33,116 nt of DNA from NCBI GenBank assembly GCA_018238545.1, contig JABCTC010000037.1:1-33116 (forward strand), written 5' to 3'. This document shows, one piece after another, positions 19,076 through 29,245 of this stretch. The notes under the pieces were generated by a model. The model saw only the letters and a list, made by a program, of their open reading frames with translations, was not told where the DNA came from and did no database searches. This stretch comes from Candidatus Heimdallarchaeota archaeon (GTDB lineage: Archaea > Asgardarchaeota > Heimdallarchaeia > Heimdallarchaeales > Heimdallarchaeaceae). The position numbers and the translations under genes were made by a program. Each line of letters starts with the position of its first letter. Position 1 is the stretch's first letter.

Positions 19076-19172
19076 AGGTTTTTGTATTATGAAAAGATAT
19101 CGTCTAGTTAATACTTAATAGATTGAGGTCAATTAATAACTTATCTTGATGTATTAGAAGAGGGGATATCAC

Positions 19173-22100
19173 TTGGGTATTGGAACAATCAGCATACAAT
19201 TGCTGTTGGACATAGCAGATTTTATCTATATTGCAGTTGATGTTAATCAAAAAGTCACTTTAGTTAATAAAAAAGGATGCGAGATTCTTGGTTATTCAGA
19301 GGATGAGATTATTGGTAAGGACTGGTTCGATAATTTTCTCCCAAAAGGAGTTGCTAAGGAAATTAAATCTAGTTTTATTAAACGAATTGATGAAAAAGAA
19401 GAGTTCAAACTTACTAAGAGCTATTCTATATTAACAAAGGAAGGAGAGGAAAGATTAATTTCTTGGCAAAGCACTTTTTACATTGATAAGGAGGGAAATT
19501 TAAGTGGTGTTTTATGTTCAGGAGAGGATATTACAGAAAAACGTAAAATGGAAGTAGAATTAGAGAAAGAAAGAAAAACAACGAAACAATGTTTAGAAAT
19601 TGCAAATGTCGTTTTAATTGCAATTGATGCGAATGAAAATGTTACATTAGTCAACAAAAAGGGTTGTGAACTATTAGGCTATGAACACGAAGAGATAATT
19701 GGAAAAAATTGGTTTGATAATTTTCTACCCAAAAGAATATGTAACAAAACAAAGGAAGTTTTTAAAAAGATAATGAATGATGAAATTGCTCAATCTGAGT
19801 ACTATGAGAATCTCCTTCTTACTAAAGATGGCGAAGAGAAACTAATAGCATGGGATAATACCGATATTAGAGATGAAGAAGGAAGAATCATAGGAACTTT
19901 AAGTTCAGGAAGAGACATTACTGAAAAGAGACAAGCAGAAGAAAAACTGAACGAAAGAGAAAGATTATCAAATATCATCCTCAACCATGCTTTTCAATTA
20001 ACTGGAATTTTAGATCTTGAAGGCAGATTACTTCAAATCAATCAAACAGCTCTAGATTTTGCAGGATTGAAGGATGAAGATGCAATCGGAAAGTTGATCT
20101 GGGATACATATTGGTGGTCTCATTCAGAGGAAGAAAGAATTAGATTACGAAAGAATATAAGAAGAGCTTCCAAAGGGAAAATTATTCAAGATGAAATTAC
20201 AAATATAGATAAGAACGGCTATATTCGGACTATGGATTTTTCTGTGAAACCAATAACAGATAATAGAAGTAATGTTACTTCATTTATAATTGAAGGACAG
20301 GACATTACTGAGAAGAAACTGGTATATTCGAACCTTCTTAAAAGTGAACATAAGTTCAGAAGTATTTTCAATCATTCCAATGATGGATATATTTTAAGAA
20401 CAGTCGAAGGTATTATTTTGGAAGCAAATCCTAGATTTCTTGAGATGTTTGGATACGAATCTTCTGAGGTTATTTCTAATAATACAATGTTTATCAACAC
20501 ATTTGAAACTGAAGAAGAACATAAAAGAAGAGGGAAAGAAATCGAAAAGAAAGGATATGCTATGTTCGAAACTTTAGCCAAAAGAAAAGATTGTTCTATT
20601 TTTCCAATGGAAGCAAATGCAGTTAAACTATTACTTGGTAGCGAAGAAGTAATCTTTGTAATTTTTAGAGACATCACTGAAAGGAAAGAAATTGAAGAAA
20701 AAATCAAATCTTCAGAAGCGTTGTACAGAGCACTTTTCGCATATACAGGTACAGGAATGATGCTATTAGAAGAAGACTTTACCATAACACTAGTCAATGA
20801 TCTATTGATAGAAAAATCAGGTATCTCACAAGAAGAATTTATTGGTAAAAAATGGACAGATTTTGTTCAGAAAGAAGAAAGAGAAAATATAACAAAAGCA
20901 GTCAAAAGGATGAATATAGATTTCATTCCACCATTGACTTTTGAAACCTCGGAGTTTAACATATTTGGGGAAAACAAAACTCTACTAGTAACAATAGGAA
21001 TTATTCCTGAAACAAAACAACAAATAGCTTCACTAATTAATATAACTGAACAGAAAAAACTTGAAAAAGAACTTAGAGAAAGTGAAGAAAAATACAGAGA
21101 TCATTTTGATAAATCACCTATTGGTTTAATTCAAAATAAACCTAATGGAGAAATTATTGCTTGTAATCCTGCTTTCTTGAAATTTTTTGGCTATGAAAGT
21201 GTGGAAGAAATAAAGAAACTTCACGTTGAAGAGTTCTATTTTGATTTAGAAGACAGCAAGGAAATTCTTGGAAAATTTGATACAGAAGGTTCTTATTATA
21301 ATCGTCTTATGAAGGCGAAAAAGAAAGATGGTTCTCTTTTTTGGATTGAGTTGTACTCTCGAGTTATCTATGATGAGAATAATGATGCTACTTATCACAA
21401 TTCATCTTTGATAGATGTAACGGAGAAGAAAATAAATGAAGAAATGTTAGTAGAAAGTGAAGAAAGACTTAGAAATCTGTTTGAAAACATCCCCCTTGCT
21501 ATTTCTATTGATTCCTTGGATGGAGGATTAATCGATATAAATCCGGCTTTTTGGAAGCTTTTTGGATATAGCAATAAAGAAGAATGTCTCTCAACCCCTT
21601 TTGCTAATCATTGGTTCAATATCAGAGATCGTGAAAGACTTTATGATTTATTACGTCAAAGGAATTTTGTTTATAACTTTGAAACAAAACGTTCTAGAAA
21701 AGATGGAAGCGAATTCTGGGGTTCAATCACTGCCATAGCTCAGATGGATACTTCAGGAGAAAGAATATACTTCACAGCACTTAGAGACATCACAACTAAA
21801 AAGCAAAGAGAGGATGAGCTGAGAAGACAAACCTTGAGACATCATTTGGAAGAATCTCATTTGTATCTATCAGAAGAAGAGCGCCCATATATTTCAAAAG
21901 AAGTTTTTTATGATTTGCTAAGAGTTGGATATAATGGTCTCGTTCTATCAAGATTACCTGAAACTGAATGGAAGAAAGATACAAATTATGAATTTGATTT
22001 CTTTAGAATAGCTGAAAAAGGGCACCTAAAAACCATCTCTTCCGAGTTAAGCAAGATAGAACAACTAATAGAAGAACTTCCAAACAAGCACGTTATAGTT

Positions 22101-22517
22101 ATTGATAGGCTCGATTATCTCATTGCTAAGAATGGTTTTGAGACCACTTTGTTCCTCATCTTTAGATTAATGGACATTGCCTACCTCTCTAATCACATAA
22201 TCATTGTAACACTTGATCCTGCAACTATCAATGAAAAAGAGAGTAGATTATTGAGAAAAGAGATGCGAATGATTAAATCCTTAGCTGAAGCTACTCTGCC
22301 TGAAGAACTAATCGAGATATTGGAATTTGTTCATAAAAGGAATATTAAAGGAAACAAACCTTCCTATACAGATATTGTTGAAGCTTTCAATATAAGTAGA
22401 CCTACAGCGAGGAAACGAATAAAGGATTTAATCAGCGACGATTACACATATGAATTAACTAAAGGAAGAAGTAAAGTTCTTGGGATAACAGCAAAAGGAA
22501 AAGCTATTTTTGATTGA
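19173..22517 (+). CDS. multi-PAS (7x) - DUF835 - winged-HTH one-component regulator
   Basis: Seven PAS/PAC units ending in DITE-type motifs; DUF835-like VIVIDRLDYLIAKNGF...LDP; C-terminal PSYTDIVEAFNISRPTARKRIKDL...ITAKGK wHTH. TTG start after gagggg. Confidence 0.85.
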   Translation: MGIGTISIQLLLDIADFIYIAVDVNQKVTLVNKKGCEILGYSEDEIIGKDWFDNFLPKGVAKEIKSSFIKRIDEKEEFKLTKSYSILTKEGEERLISWQSTFYIDKEGNLSGVLCSGEDITEKRKMEVELEKERKTTKQCLEIANVVLIAIDANENVTLVNKKGCELLGYEHEEIIGKNWFDNFLPKRICNKTKEVFKKIMNDEIAQSEYYENLLLTKDGEEKLIAWDNTDIRDEEGRIIGTLSSGRDITEKRQAEEKLNERERLSNIILNHAFQLTGILDLEGRLLQINQTALDFAGLKDEDAIGKLIWDTYWWSHSEEERIRLRKNIRRASKGKIIQDEITNIDKNGYIRTMDFSVKPITDNRSNVTSFIIEGQDITEKKLVYSNLLKSEHKFRSIFNHSNDGYILRTVEGIILEANPRFLEMFGYESSEVISNNTMFINTFETEEEHKRRGKEIEKKGYAMFETLAKRKDCSIFPMEANAVKLLLGSEEVIFVIFRDITERKEIEEKIKSSEALYRALFAYTGTGMMLLEEDFTITLVNDLLIEKSGISQEEFIGKKWTDFVQKEERENITKAVKRMNIDFIPPLTFETSEFNIFGENKTLLVTIGIIPETKQQIASLINITEQKKLEKELRESEEKYRDHFDKSPIGLIQNKPNGEIIACNPAFLKFFGYESVEEIKKLHVEEFYFDLEDSKEILGKFDTEGSYYNRLMKAKKKDGSLFWIELYSRVIYDENNDATYHNSSLIDVTEKKINEEMLVESEERLRNLFENIPLAISIDSLDGGLIDINPAFWKLFGYSNKEECLSTPFANHWFNIRDRERLYDLLRQRNFVYNFETKRSRKDGSEFWGSITAIAQMDTSGERIYFTALRDITTKKQREDELRRQTLRHHLEESHLYLSEEERPYISKEVFYDLLRVGYNGLVLSRLPETEWKKDTNYEFDFFRIAEKGHLKTISSELSKIEQLIEELPNKHVIVIDRLDYLIAKNGFETTLFLIFRLMDIAYLSNHIIIVTLDPATINEKESRLLRKEMRMIKSLAEATLPEELIEILEFVHKRNIKGNKPSYTDIVEAFNISRPTARKRIKDLISDDYTYELTKGRSKVLGITAKGKAIFD
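19524..19926 (+). repeat. ~400-bp PAS-coding segment duplicated at 24107-24509
   Basis: Collinear high-identity DNA at a constant offset of 4583, from gaggata(t/c)acagaaaaacgtaaaat to ttactgaaa. Confidence 0.85.
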
Positions 22518-22521
22518 CTTT

Positions 22522-22547
22522 TTTCCCTATTTTTCCACGTTTTTTCA
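22522..22547 (+). promoter_or_regulatory. conserved upstream motif, copy 2 (upstream of the histidine kinase operon)
   Basis: TTTCCCTATTTTTCCACGTTTTTTCA, followed at the same spacing as in the other copies by TTTC and GTTA. Confidence 0.65.
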
Positions 22548-22633
22548 TTAATATTTCTAAATTTAGTTATAGAGATAAAAGAATGTTAAACTAAAAGAAT
22601 ATCTGAAAAGATGTAGATCTCTTTCAAAAAACT

Positions 22634-25600
22634 GTGATTAAATTGCGTGTACAACCAGAAACTAATAGCAAAATTGAGAAGAATTCCAATGATTTAGCTT
22701 ATTTCTCTGGAAGATTTGATGATTTAGGTGAAAACCTATTGAAACTATCTCCTAACGAGCATATCTGTACTATTTATCGAAAGGATGAGGATAAGATAGA
22801 TTCTATAATGGAATTCCTTAAAACAGGCATAGTAAAAAAAGAGAGATGTGTAATCATAGTTGATAATAAAACTATAGAAGATATTCAAACAAAGATAAAG
22901 GCTTCAAAAGAAATTAAGAATCTTCTCAATACTTCTGCATTAGAGATCGTAGATTCAGAAGATATTTATGGTAATAAATCTGAGTTCAATCTAGCTAGAA
23001 CTATTGAATCAATTGAAGCTCATTTAGAAATTCCACAAGAAGACAAGTTCAATGGATTAAGGTTAAGCATTGAGATTTTACCTTTAAACAATAAGGACTC
23101 AACTATGAATATAAGTATGGAACTTCATTCATTTTTCGATAAACTCATTTCAAATAAAGATATTAGTTTTTTCTGTTTATATAACGAATACAAATTCGAT
23201 TCTAGAACGCTATTAGAGGCTATTATTACACACTCTAAGTTAATTTTTAATGGTTATTTATGTAGAAATGTTTTATTTATGGACCCTCATCAACTTCAAT
23301 TAATACTAGAAGATAGGCTAGATGAAACACTCTACAAAAAAACAGTCTACGAAATCGTTCAAAGGGAGATAGCTGAACAAAAAAGAGAGAAAGAAGTTTC
23401 TCACATTCAAACAGAAACTCTCAAAGGCATAAATGATTCTGCCTTTATTATAGATTTTAAAGGCAATATACTTGAAGTAAACGAAGCTGCATACAAAACA
23501 AGAGGATATACAGAAGAAGAGATGCTAAGTCTGAATATTTTAGACATTATGACCTCAGTAAATAGAGACTTATTTGATTCGAGAATTGAAGAACTAAAGA
23601 AAAAGGGAGAGATAACATTTGAAACAACTCATAATTGTAAATATGGGTCAGTATTAGATGTTGAGTTTAAGGCAAAAATTATCAGTTATGATAATCAACA
23701 ATCTATTTTAAGTGTTGGAAGAGATATAACTGAAAGAAGAATCGCTAAAGAAGAAGCAAAAACTAGCGAAGAAAAGTTTCGTACTCTTTTTAATGAAATG
23801 AAACAAGCTTACGCCTTATATGAAGTAATATATGATAGAAAAGGTGACCCTGAAGATGCAATATTAGTAGAAGTTAATTCAGAATACGAAAAATTAACAA
23901 ATAAGAAGAGAGAGGAAATAATTGGTAAGAAAATAACAGAAATCTATCCTAACATGAAGAAACAAGAGGTTAATCCAATAGTAATTCTAGGAAGAACCAT
24001 GATAACAGGACAGACTGTAATATCAGAGTACTATAACAAAGATATTGGTAAATGGCTTTTAGCAAAATCTTTTTCTCCAATGAGAGATCATGTTGCAGTA
24101 TTATATGAGGATATCACAGAAAAACGTAAAATAGAAGGAGAATTAGAGAAAGAAAGAAAAACAATGAAACAATATTTAGACATTGCAAATATCATCCTAA
24201 CTGTAATTGATACAAATGAAAATGTTATATTAGTCAACAAGAAGGGTTGTGAACTTTTAGGCTATGATAAAGAAGATATAATTGGAAAAAATTGGTTTGA
24301 CAATTTTCTACCTGAGAGAGTTCGAGAAGAAACAAAAGAAATTTTTCAAGAACTATTAGCAGGTAAAATAACACAATCTGAGTCTCATGAGAACCTGATT
24401 CTTACTAAAGATGGTGAAGAGAGATTAATTGCATGGGATAATACCTTCATTAGGGATGAAGAAGGAAAAATTATAAGAACTTTAAGTTCGGGAAAAGATG
24501 TTACTGAAATAAGAAAAACTCAAAGAGAACTTAAAGACAGCGAAGAAAAATACAGGATGATTTTTGATAACACTAATGATGCAATATATCTTTATAGTAT
24601 TGATGAACAGATTCTATCAAATTTTATTGAAGTTAATGATGTAGCCTGTAATATGTTAGGTTATACTAAAGATGAGTTCAGAAAAATGTCTCCAGTTGAT
24701 ATAGCCTCAAAGGAAATTAAAAAGCAAATTCCAGAGATAATTAGCAAACTTACAACATTAAAAAACCTAACCTTTGAAGGGACTCATTGTACAAAAGAAG
24801 GGAAAATAATTCCAGTTGAAGTTAGTGCTCATACTTTTTATTATCACAACAAACAAATGGTATTAACAATTGCTAGAGATATTTCTGAAAGGAAAAAATC
24901 TGAAGAGAAATTAAGTAAGTTGAATGAAGAACTAGAAGAGAAGGTTATTCAGAGAACTTACCAAATGGAAACATTGTACAATATTATTAAAGATATATCT
25001 GAAACTTTTGATTTAAAAGAAGCCATGGAAATTATTGCTAAGTATATTTCACAGTTAATTGATTATGATATCATTGTCCAGCTAATAACTCAAGAGGGAT
25101 TAAACCTCATTCAAATTGGAGCACCAAAGGGTAATAAAGAAGTAATCGATGATTTTCTAAAAACAGTTAAGGATGAATTAGTAGAAATAAATCCTGATGC
25201 TTCAACCAATCGCGATTCTACAACTATTATTACGTCAAATGAGAAGAAACTTCAAAAAATTTCATCTCGCTTATCCATACCGCTTATTGCAGAGGATAAG
25301 GTTGTTGGACTTATTGTTGTAGGTTCAGAGCAAGAGGATGCTTATATTGAAGAAGAGATCTGGTTCTTGTATAAAATAGCGGACAATATTTCTCATACTC
25401 TTCAAAGATTAAAGGTAATTATAACAGCAAAGGATGAATTAGAAACAGTTCTCAATCATACATCTGACGGCGTCATTCTCTTGAATAGTCAAGAATCTGT
25501 AGTAATGGTGAATAAAGCTGCAAATAGATTTTTAGAGATAATCAAAGATTCTAAGACTAATGGAATAAACAATGAAATATTAGACCTTGGAGAGCTAAAA

Positions 25601-26878
25601 CAAATTGGCAAAAAGGAATTATCTCTGAATGGTTATACCTATTATGTCTCTATGAGTCCAATAAAAAGTGATTTTGTTCATGGTTGGCTACTAACTATTC
25701 ATGACATAACTGAAGAAAAAGTGATGCAAAAGAAGATACTGCATCAAGAGAGATTAGCTACATTAGGAAAGATGGCTGGTGGTATCGCTCATGATTTTAA
25801 CAATATTCTTGCCTCTATAATTGGTGCAGCAGATTTCTCTTTAATGAATGCTGATAATATAGAGTCAAAAGAGTTTCTGAATTTAATAATCAAGCAAAGT
25901 GAGAGAGGGGCATCTTTGATAAGACAGATGTTAGACTTTACAAGACAAACAGTGATTCAACCACAACCTGTTTCAATACTTGATTTTATTACAGAATTTT
26001 CTAGAGTTATCAGATCGTCCTTACCGGAAAATATTATTTTATCTGCCAATACACAGGATTGGACAGTTTTAATGGATCAAGTTCAATTGCAACAGCTTTT
26101 TATGAATCTCATATTTAATTCTAGAGATGCTCTTGTTCGTGGAGGTAAAATCAATATCACTGTAGAAGAAATTGATCATTCAAAGATAGTGGACTTTGAA
26201 GAAATAGAAATAGACAAAAATCGAGAATACATTCAGCTTACTATTGAAGACAATGGAGAAGGGATGAATGAACAAACAAGAAAGATGATTTTTGAACCCT
26301 TTTTTACTACAAAAGACCCAGGAAAAGGAAGTGGGCTAGGTTTAGCACAGGTTTATGGTATAGTTAGGCAGTCTAATGGTTATATTAATGTGGAAAGTGA
26401 ATTGAAAGAAGGAACAAAAATTCATATCTACATTCCAAAGCATGAGGGATTGGTAGAAGAAGAGATTGTGGAATCAGCAAGCAATGGAGAAGGAAGAATT
26501 TTACTAGTTGAAGACGATGAAAATGTAAGAGAGATTACCAAAATGATGCTAGAGAACTATGGATTTAGAGTAGTTACTGCAGAAAACGGGAAAATTGCTC
26601 TAGATTTATTTAACGATACCTTTGATTTAGTCTTAACAGACATTATTATGCCTGTTATGGGAGGAGAGAAACTGATCAAGAAGGTATTAGAAATCAATCC
26701 ACAAGTAAAATGCTTAGCTATGACAGGATATTCAGATGTGGATGTACCAGAAGGTATCAAAGTTCTAAATAAACCTATAACAACTTCAAAACTAGTCAAC
26801 TATATTCAAAACGAACTTGATCAAGTAGATCGTCAAGAAAAGAAAGTTCAGAATGAAAAAAGAGAGGATGGTGGTTAA
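22634..26878 (+). CDS. hybrid sensor histidine kinase: MEDS - 4xPAS - GAF - PAS - HisKA - HATPase - REC
   Basis: MEDS (EHICTIY...FLKTGI..KERC...CLYN...THS), H-box GGIAHDFNNIL, N-box NLIFNSRDA, DNGEGM, FEPFFTTK..GKGSGLGL, REC ILLVEDD...TDIIMP...KP. Confidence 0.92.
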   Translation: MIKLRVQPETNSKIEKNSNDLAYFSGRFDDLGENLLKLSPNEHICTIYRKDEDKIDSIMEFLKTGIVKKERCVIIVDNKTIEDIQTKIKASKEIKNLLNTSALEIVDSEDIYGNKSEFNLARTIESIEAHLEIPQEDKFNGLRLSIEILPLNNKDSTMNISMELHSFFDKLISNKDISFFCLYNEYKFDSRTLLEAIITHSKLIFNGYLCRNVLFMDPHQLQLILEDRLDETLYKKTVYEIVQREIAEQKREKEVSHIQTETLKGINDSAFIIDFKGNILEVNEAAYKTRGYTEEEMLSLNILDIMTSVNRDLFDSRIEELKKKGEITFETTHNCKYGSVLDVEFKAKIISYDNQQSILSVGRDITERRIAKEEAKTSEEKFRTLFNEMKQAYALYEVIYDRKGDPEDAILVEVNSEYEKLTNKKREEIIGKKITEIYPNMKKQEVNPIVILGRTMITGQTVISEYYNKDIGKWLLAKSFSPMRDHVAVLYEDITEKRKIEGELEKERKTMKQYLDIANIILTVIDTNENVILVNKKGCELLGYDKEDIIGKNWFDNFLPERVREETKEIFQELLAGKITQSESHENLILTKDGEERLIAWDNTFIRDEEGKIIRTLSSGKDVTEIRKTQRELKDSEEKYRMIFDNTNDAIYLYSIDEQILSNFIEVNDVACNMLGYTKDEFRKMSPVDIASKEIKKQIPEIISKLTTLKNLTFEGTHCTKEGKIIPVEVSAHTFYYHNKQMVLTIARDISERKKSEEKLSKLNEELEEKVIQRTYQMETLYNIIKDISETFDLKEAMEIIAKYISQLIDYDIIVQLITQEGLNLIQIGAPKGNKEVIDDFLKTVKDELVEINPDASTNRDSTTIITSNEKKLQKISSRLSIPLIAEDKVVGLIVVGSEQEDAYIEEEIWFLYKIADNISHTLQRLKVIITAKDELETVLNHTSDGVILLNSQESVVMVNKAANRFLEIIKDSKTNGINNEILDLGELKQIGKKELSLNGYTYYVSMSPIKSDFVHGWLLTIHDITEEKVMQKKILHQERLATLGKMAGGIAHDFNNILASIIGAADFSLMNADNIESKEFLNLIIKQSERGASLIRQMLDFTRQTVIQPQPVSILDFITEFSRVIRSSLPENIILSANTQDWTVLMDQVQLQQLFMNLIFNSRDALVRGGKINITVEEIDHSKIVDFEEIEIDKNREYIQLTIEDNGEGMNEQTRKMIFEPFFTTKDPGKGSGLGLAQVYGIVRQSNGYINVESELKEGTKIHIYIPKHEGLVEEEIVESASNGEGRILLVEDDENVREITKMMLENYGFRVVTAENGKIALDLFNDTFDLVLTDIIMPVMGGEKLIKKVLEINPQVKCLAMTGYSDVDVPEGIKVLNKPITTSKLVNYIQNELDQVDRQEKKVQNEKREDGG
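24107..24509 (+). repeat. second copy of the duplicated PAS segment
   Basis: Matches 19524-19926 (see above). Confidence 0.85.
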
Positions 26879-27269
26879 AATTTATGTTTACAAAAGGAAG
26901 GAAAACCTTGTTAGTAAATACAGTGAAAAGAAAAGAATTTTACTAGTAGAGGATGACGATATGCTACGTGAGATAACTACATTAATTCTTAGGAAATGCC
27001 AATTTGATGTTGTCGAAGCGATTAATGGTTTCGAAGCATTGCAATTGTTTGATAATACTATTGATCTGGTCTTAACAGATATTATCATGCCGAAAATGGA
27101 TGGAATTGAACTAATTCAAGAGCTGCAGAAAAAGGATCCAAATCTGAAATGTATTGCTATAACAGGTTTTTCTAATATAACTGTTCCTCAAGATATCGAG
27201 GTTCTTCAAAAACCAATTGGAGGTAAGAAACTCGTTGCGATCTTAAACGAAAGACTCACAACGGCATAA
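26853..27269 (+). CDS. stand-alone response regulator (receiver domain only)
   Basis: ILLVEDD, LVLTDIIMPKMDG, ITG, KP. Start codon uncertain. Confidence 0.9.
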   Translation: MKKERMVVKIYVYKRKENLVSKYSEKKRILLVEDDDMLREITTLILRKCQFDVVEAINGFEALQLFDNTIDLVLTDIIMPKMDGIELIQELQKKDPNLKCIAITGFSNITVPQDIEVLQKPIGGKKLVAILNERLTTA

Positions 27270-27300
27270 GAAATATCAAAGGAACAGTGAGGTAGAAAAA

Positions 27301-27741
27301 ATGGTAATCAAAGTAACTCTAAACAGTGATGATTTCAGAAAATATAAACACAATAATAAAACAGTTAGAATCCTTCTAGTTGAAGATAATGAAGAAGTTA
27401 ATTTAGTTATTAAAAGATTGCTGGAAAGATTAGGATATGAAGTCATCTCTACTTCAAATGGTAGAACAGCACTGAATTTATATAACAAATCATACGATCT
27501 TGTAATTACAGACCTTATAATGCCAGAAATGGGAGGAGTAGAATTAATCCGAAGGTTAAGGGAACAAAATCCCGGAGTGAGATGTGTAGCAATTACTGGA
27601 TACACAAATCAAGAACTTCCTGAAGGGATACCCGTTTTGAATAAACCATTTTCAACTACATTACTGCTAGAATATGTAACTGGAGTACTAAATGATCAGA
27701 TAACTCTAGAAAAACGAAATAGGGAGAGTATTTCACAATAA
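27301..27741 (+). CDS. stand-alone response regulator (receiver domain only)
   Basis: ILLVEDN, LVITDLIMPEMGG, ITG, KPF; gaggt RBS-like sequence upstream. Confidence 0.9.
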   Translation: MVIKVTLNSDDFRKYKHNNKTVRILLVEDNEEVNLVIKRLLERLGYEVISTSNGRTALNLYNKSYDLVITDLIMPEMGGVELIRRLREQNPGVRCVAITGYTNQELPEGIPVLNKPFSTTLLLEYVTGVLNDQITLEKRNRESISQ

Positions 27742-27795
27742 GGTGTTTCAATCAACAGTGTAGAAAATATGAAAGTTATAATTAGAGGCTGAAGT

Positions 27796-29241
27796 ATGAA
27801 AGTTCAAGAGAATAAAAATCAAGAAAATCAAATATTTTCCATAAGTGAAGATATTTTCAGAGAAATAAGCGACAATATTCAAGTTGGTATTTCAATAGTA
27901 GAAAATGGACATTATATCTTCATGAACAAAGAATCAAAAGAGATTTTCGGTATAACCATTGGGGAAGAAACCAAGAATTTTTCTATGCTAGATTATGTTG
28001 TTCCTGAAGATGCCGACAGGGTTAACAAAATAATTAATTCATCACTTAAAACAGACCAAATACCCGCAGAACTTCAATTTTGGATCATTAGAGAAGATGG
28101 AGAAAGAAGATACTTAAACAATAAATATACTGTCCTTAAGGGAAGAGAAAAAACAAATACTCACTTAATATCAACAATTGATTACACTGAACAACAAATA
28201 GCACTTGATTCATCAAAAATGTTTGAAAAGAAATTCAGAGAAATGTTTAATTATGCGAATGATGCGATGTTTCTTTCAAGAATAAGTGGAGACGAATTTC
28301 TAAGTGATTTTATTGAAGTAAATGATTTAGCGTGTAGTATGCTTGAATATACAAGAGAGGAATTACTTGAAATGAGTTCGCTAGATATTACTGCTCTTGA
28401 AGCAAAAACAACTAATAAAGAGATAATTCGTCAAATTATAAAAGAAGAACAAGGAAATTTTGAAACAATACTAATCAGCAAAATGGGGAAACAAATACCT
28501 GTTGAAATCCAATCTCACTTTTTCAATCTAGAAGGGGAAAGAGTCATTCTGACAATAGCTAGAGATTTAACTGAGCATCTAGAAGCTGAGGAAGAAATCA
28601 AGAATCTTAATGAATCATTAAAGATAATTAATAGCATTTTACGTCATGATTTAAATAATAACCTTTCTGTCATAATGGGAGCTATCACCGCTTACGAGGA
28701 TGTAAAAGAACATATATTGTTGGAGATGACAGTGAAATCAGCTCAAAAGAGTTTCGATCTCATTCAAAAGATGGAAGAATTAGAGAGAGCATTAATTCAA
28801 AAAGAAAATCTAATAAAAATGGATTCTGAAGAGCTATTTAACAAAGTTATTTCAAGTTATTCACCCTTTAATATCACTTTTGAGATTGAAGGTAGCTGTA
28901 GTTTGTATGTTGATGCAGCCTTTACTTCAGTAATTGACAATATTATAAGTAATGCTATTAAACATGGTCAAGCCGATATAATAAAAATTTCAATCAAATC
29001 TAGTGATGGCTTTTGCACGATAAGGATAGCTGATAATGGTTCTGGTATCTTGAATAAACATAAGATCCATGTATTTGAAAGTAGTTTTAAGCATGGTACT
29101 ACAGCTGGAACTGGTCTTGGGTTATATATTACCAAAAAAACCATAGAGAGATATGGGGGAGAGATTACTCTTAAGGATAATTTTCCTAAAGGCACAATTT
29201 TCGAGATTAAGTTGAAGTGTAGAGAGGAAAAGGGATTCTAA
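27796..29241 (+). CDS. PAS-PAS sensor histidine kinase
   Basis: Two PAS domains, H-box ILRHDLNNNL, NIISNAIKHG, DNGSG, GTGLGL. Confidence 0.92.
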   Translation: MKVQENKNQENQIFSISEDIFREISDNIQVGISIVENGHYIFMNKESKEIFGITIGEETKNFSMLDYVVPEDADRVNKIINSSLKTDQIPAELQFWIIREDGERRYLNNKYTVLKGREKTNTHLISTIDYTEQQIALDSSKMFEKKFREMFNYANDAMFLSRISGDEFLSDFIEVNDLACSMLEYTREELLEMSSLDITALEAKTTNKEIIRQIIKEEQGNFETILISKMGKQIPVEIQSHFFNLEGERVILTIARDLTEHLEAEEEIKNLNESLKIINSILRHDLNNNLSVIMGAITAYEDVKEHILLEMTVKSAQKSFDLIQKMEELERALIQKENLIKMDSEELFNKVISSYSPFNITFEIEGSCSLYVDAAFTSVIDNIISNAIKHGQADIIKISIKSSDGFCTIRIADNGSGILNKHKIHVFESSFKHGTTAGTGLGLYITKKTIERYGGEITLKDNFPKGTIFEIKLKCREEKGF

Positions 29242-29245
29242 GTTC

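Noticed and set aside
22634-29241. Classical chemotaxis (che) cluster
   Set aside because: No CheA, CheW, MCP, CheB or CheR motifs; the kinases are HisKA-type.
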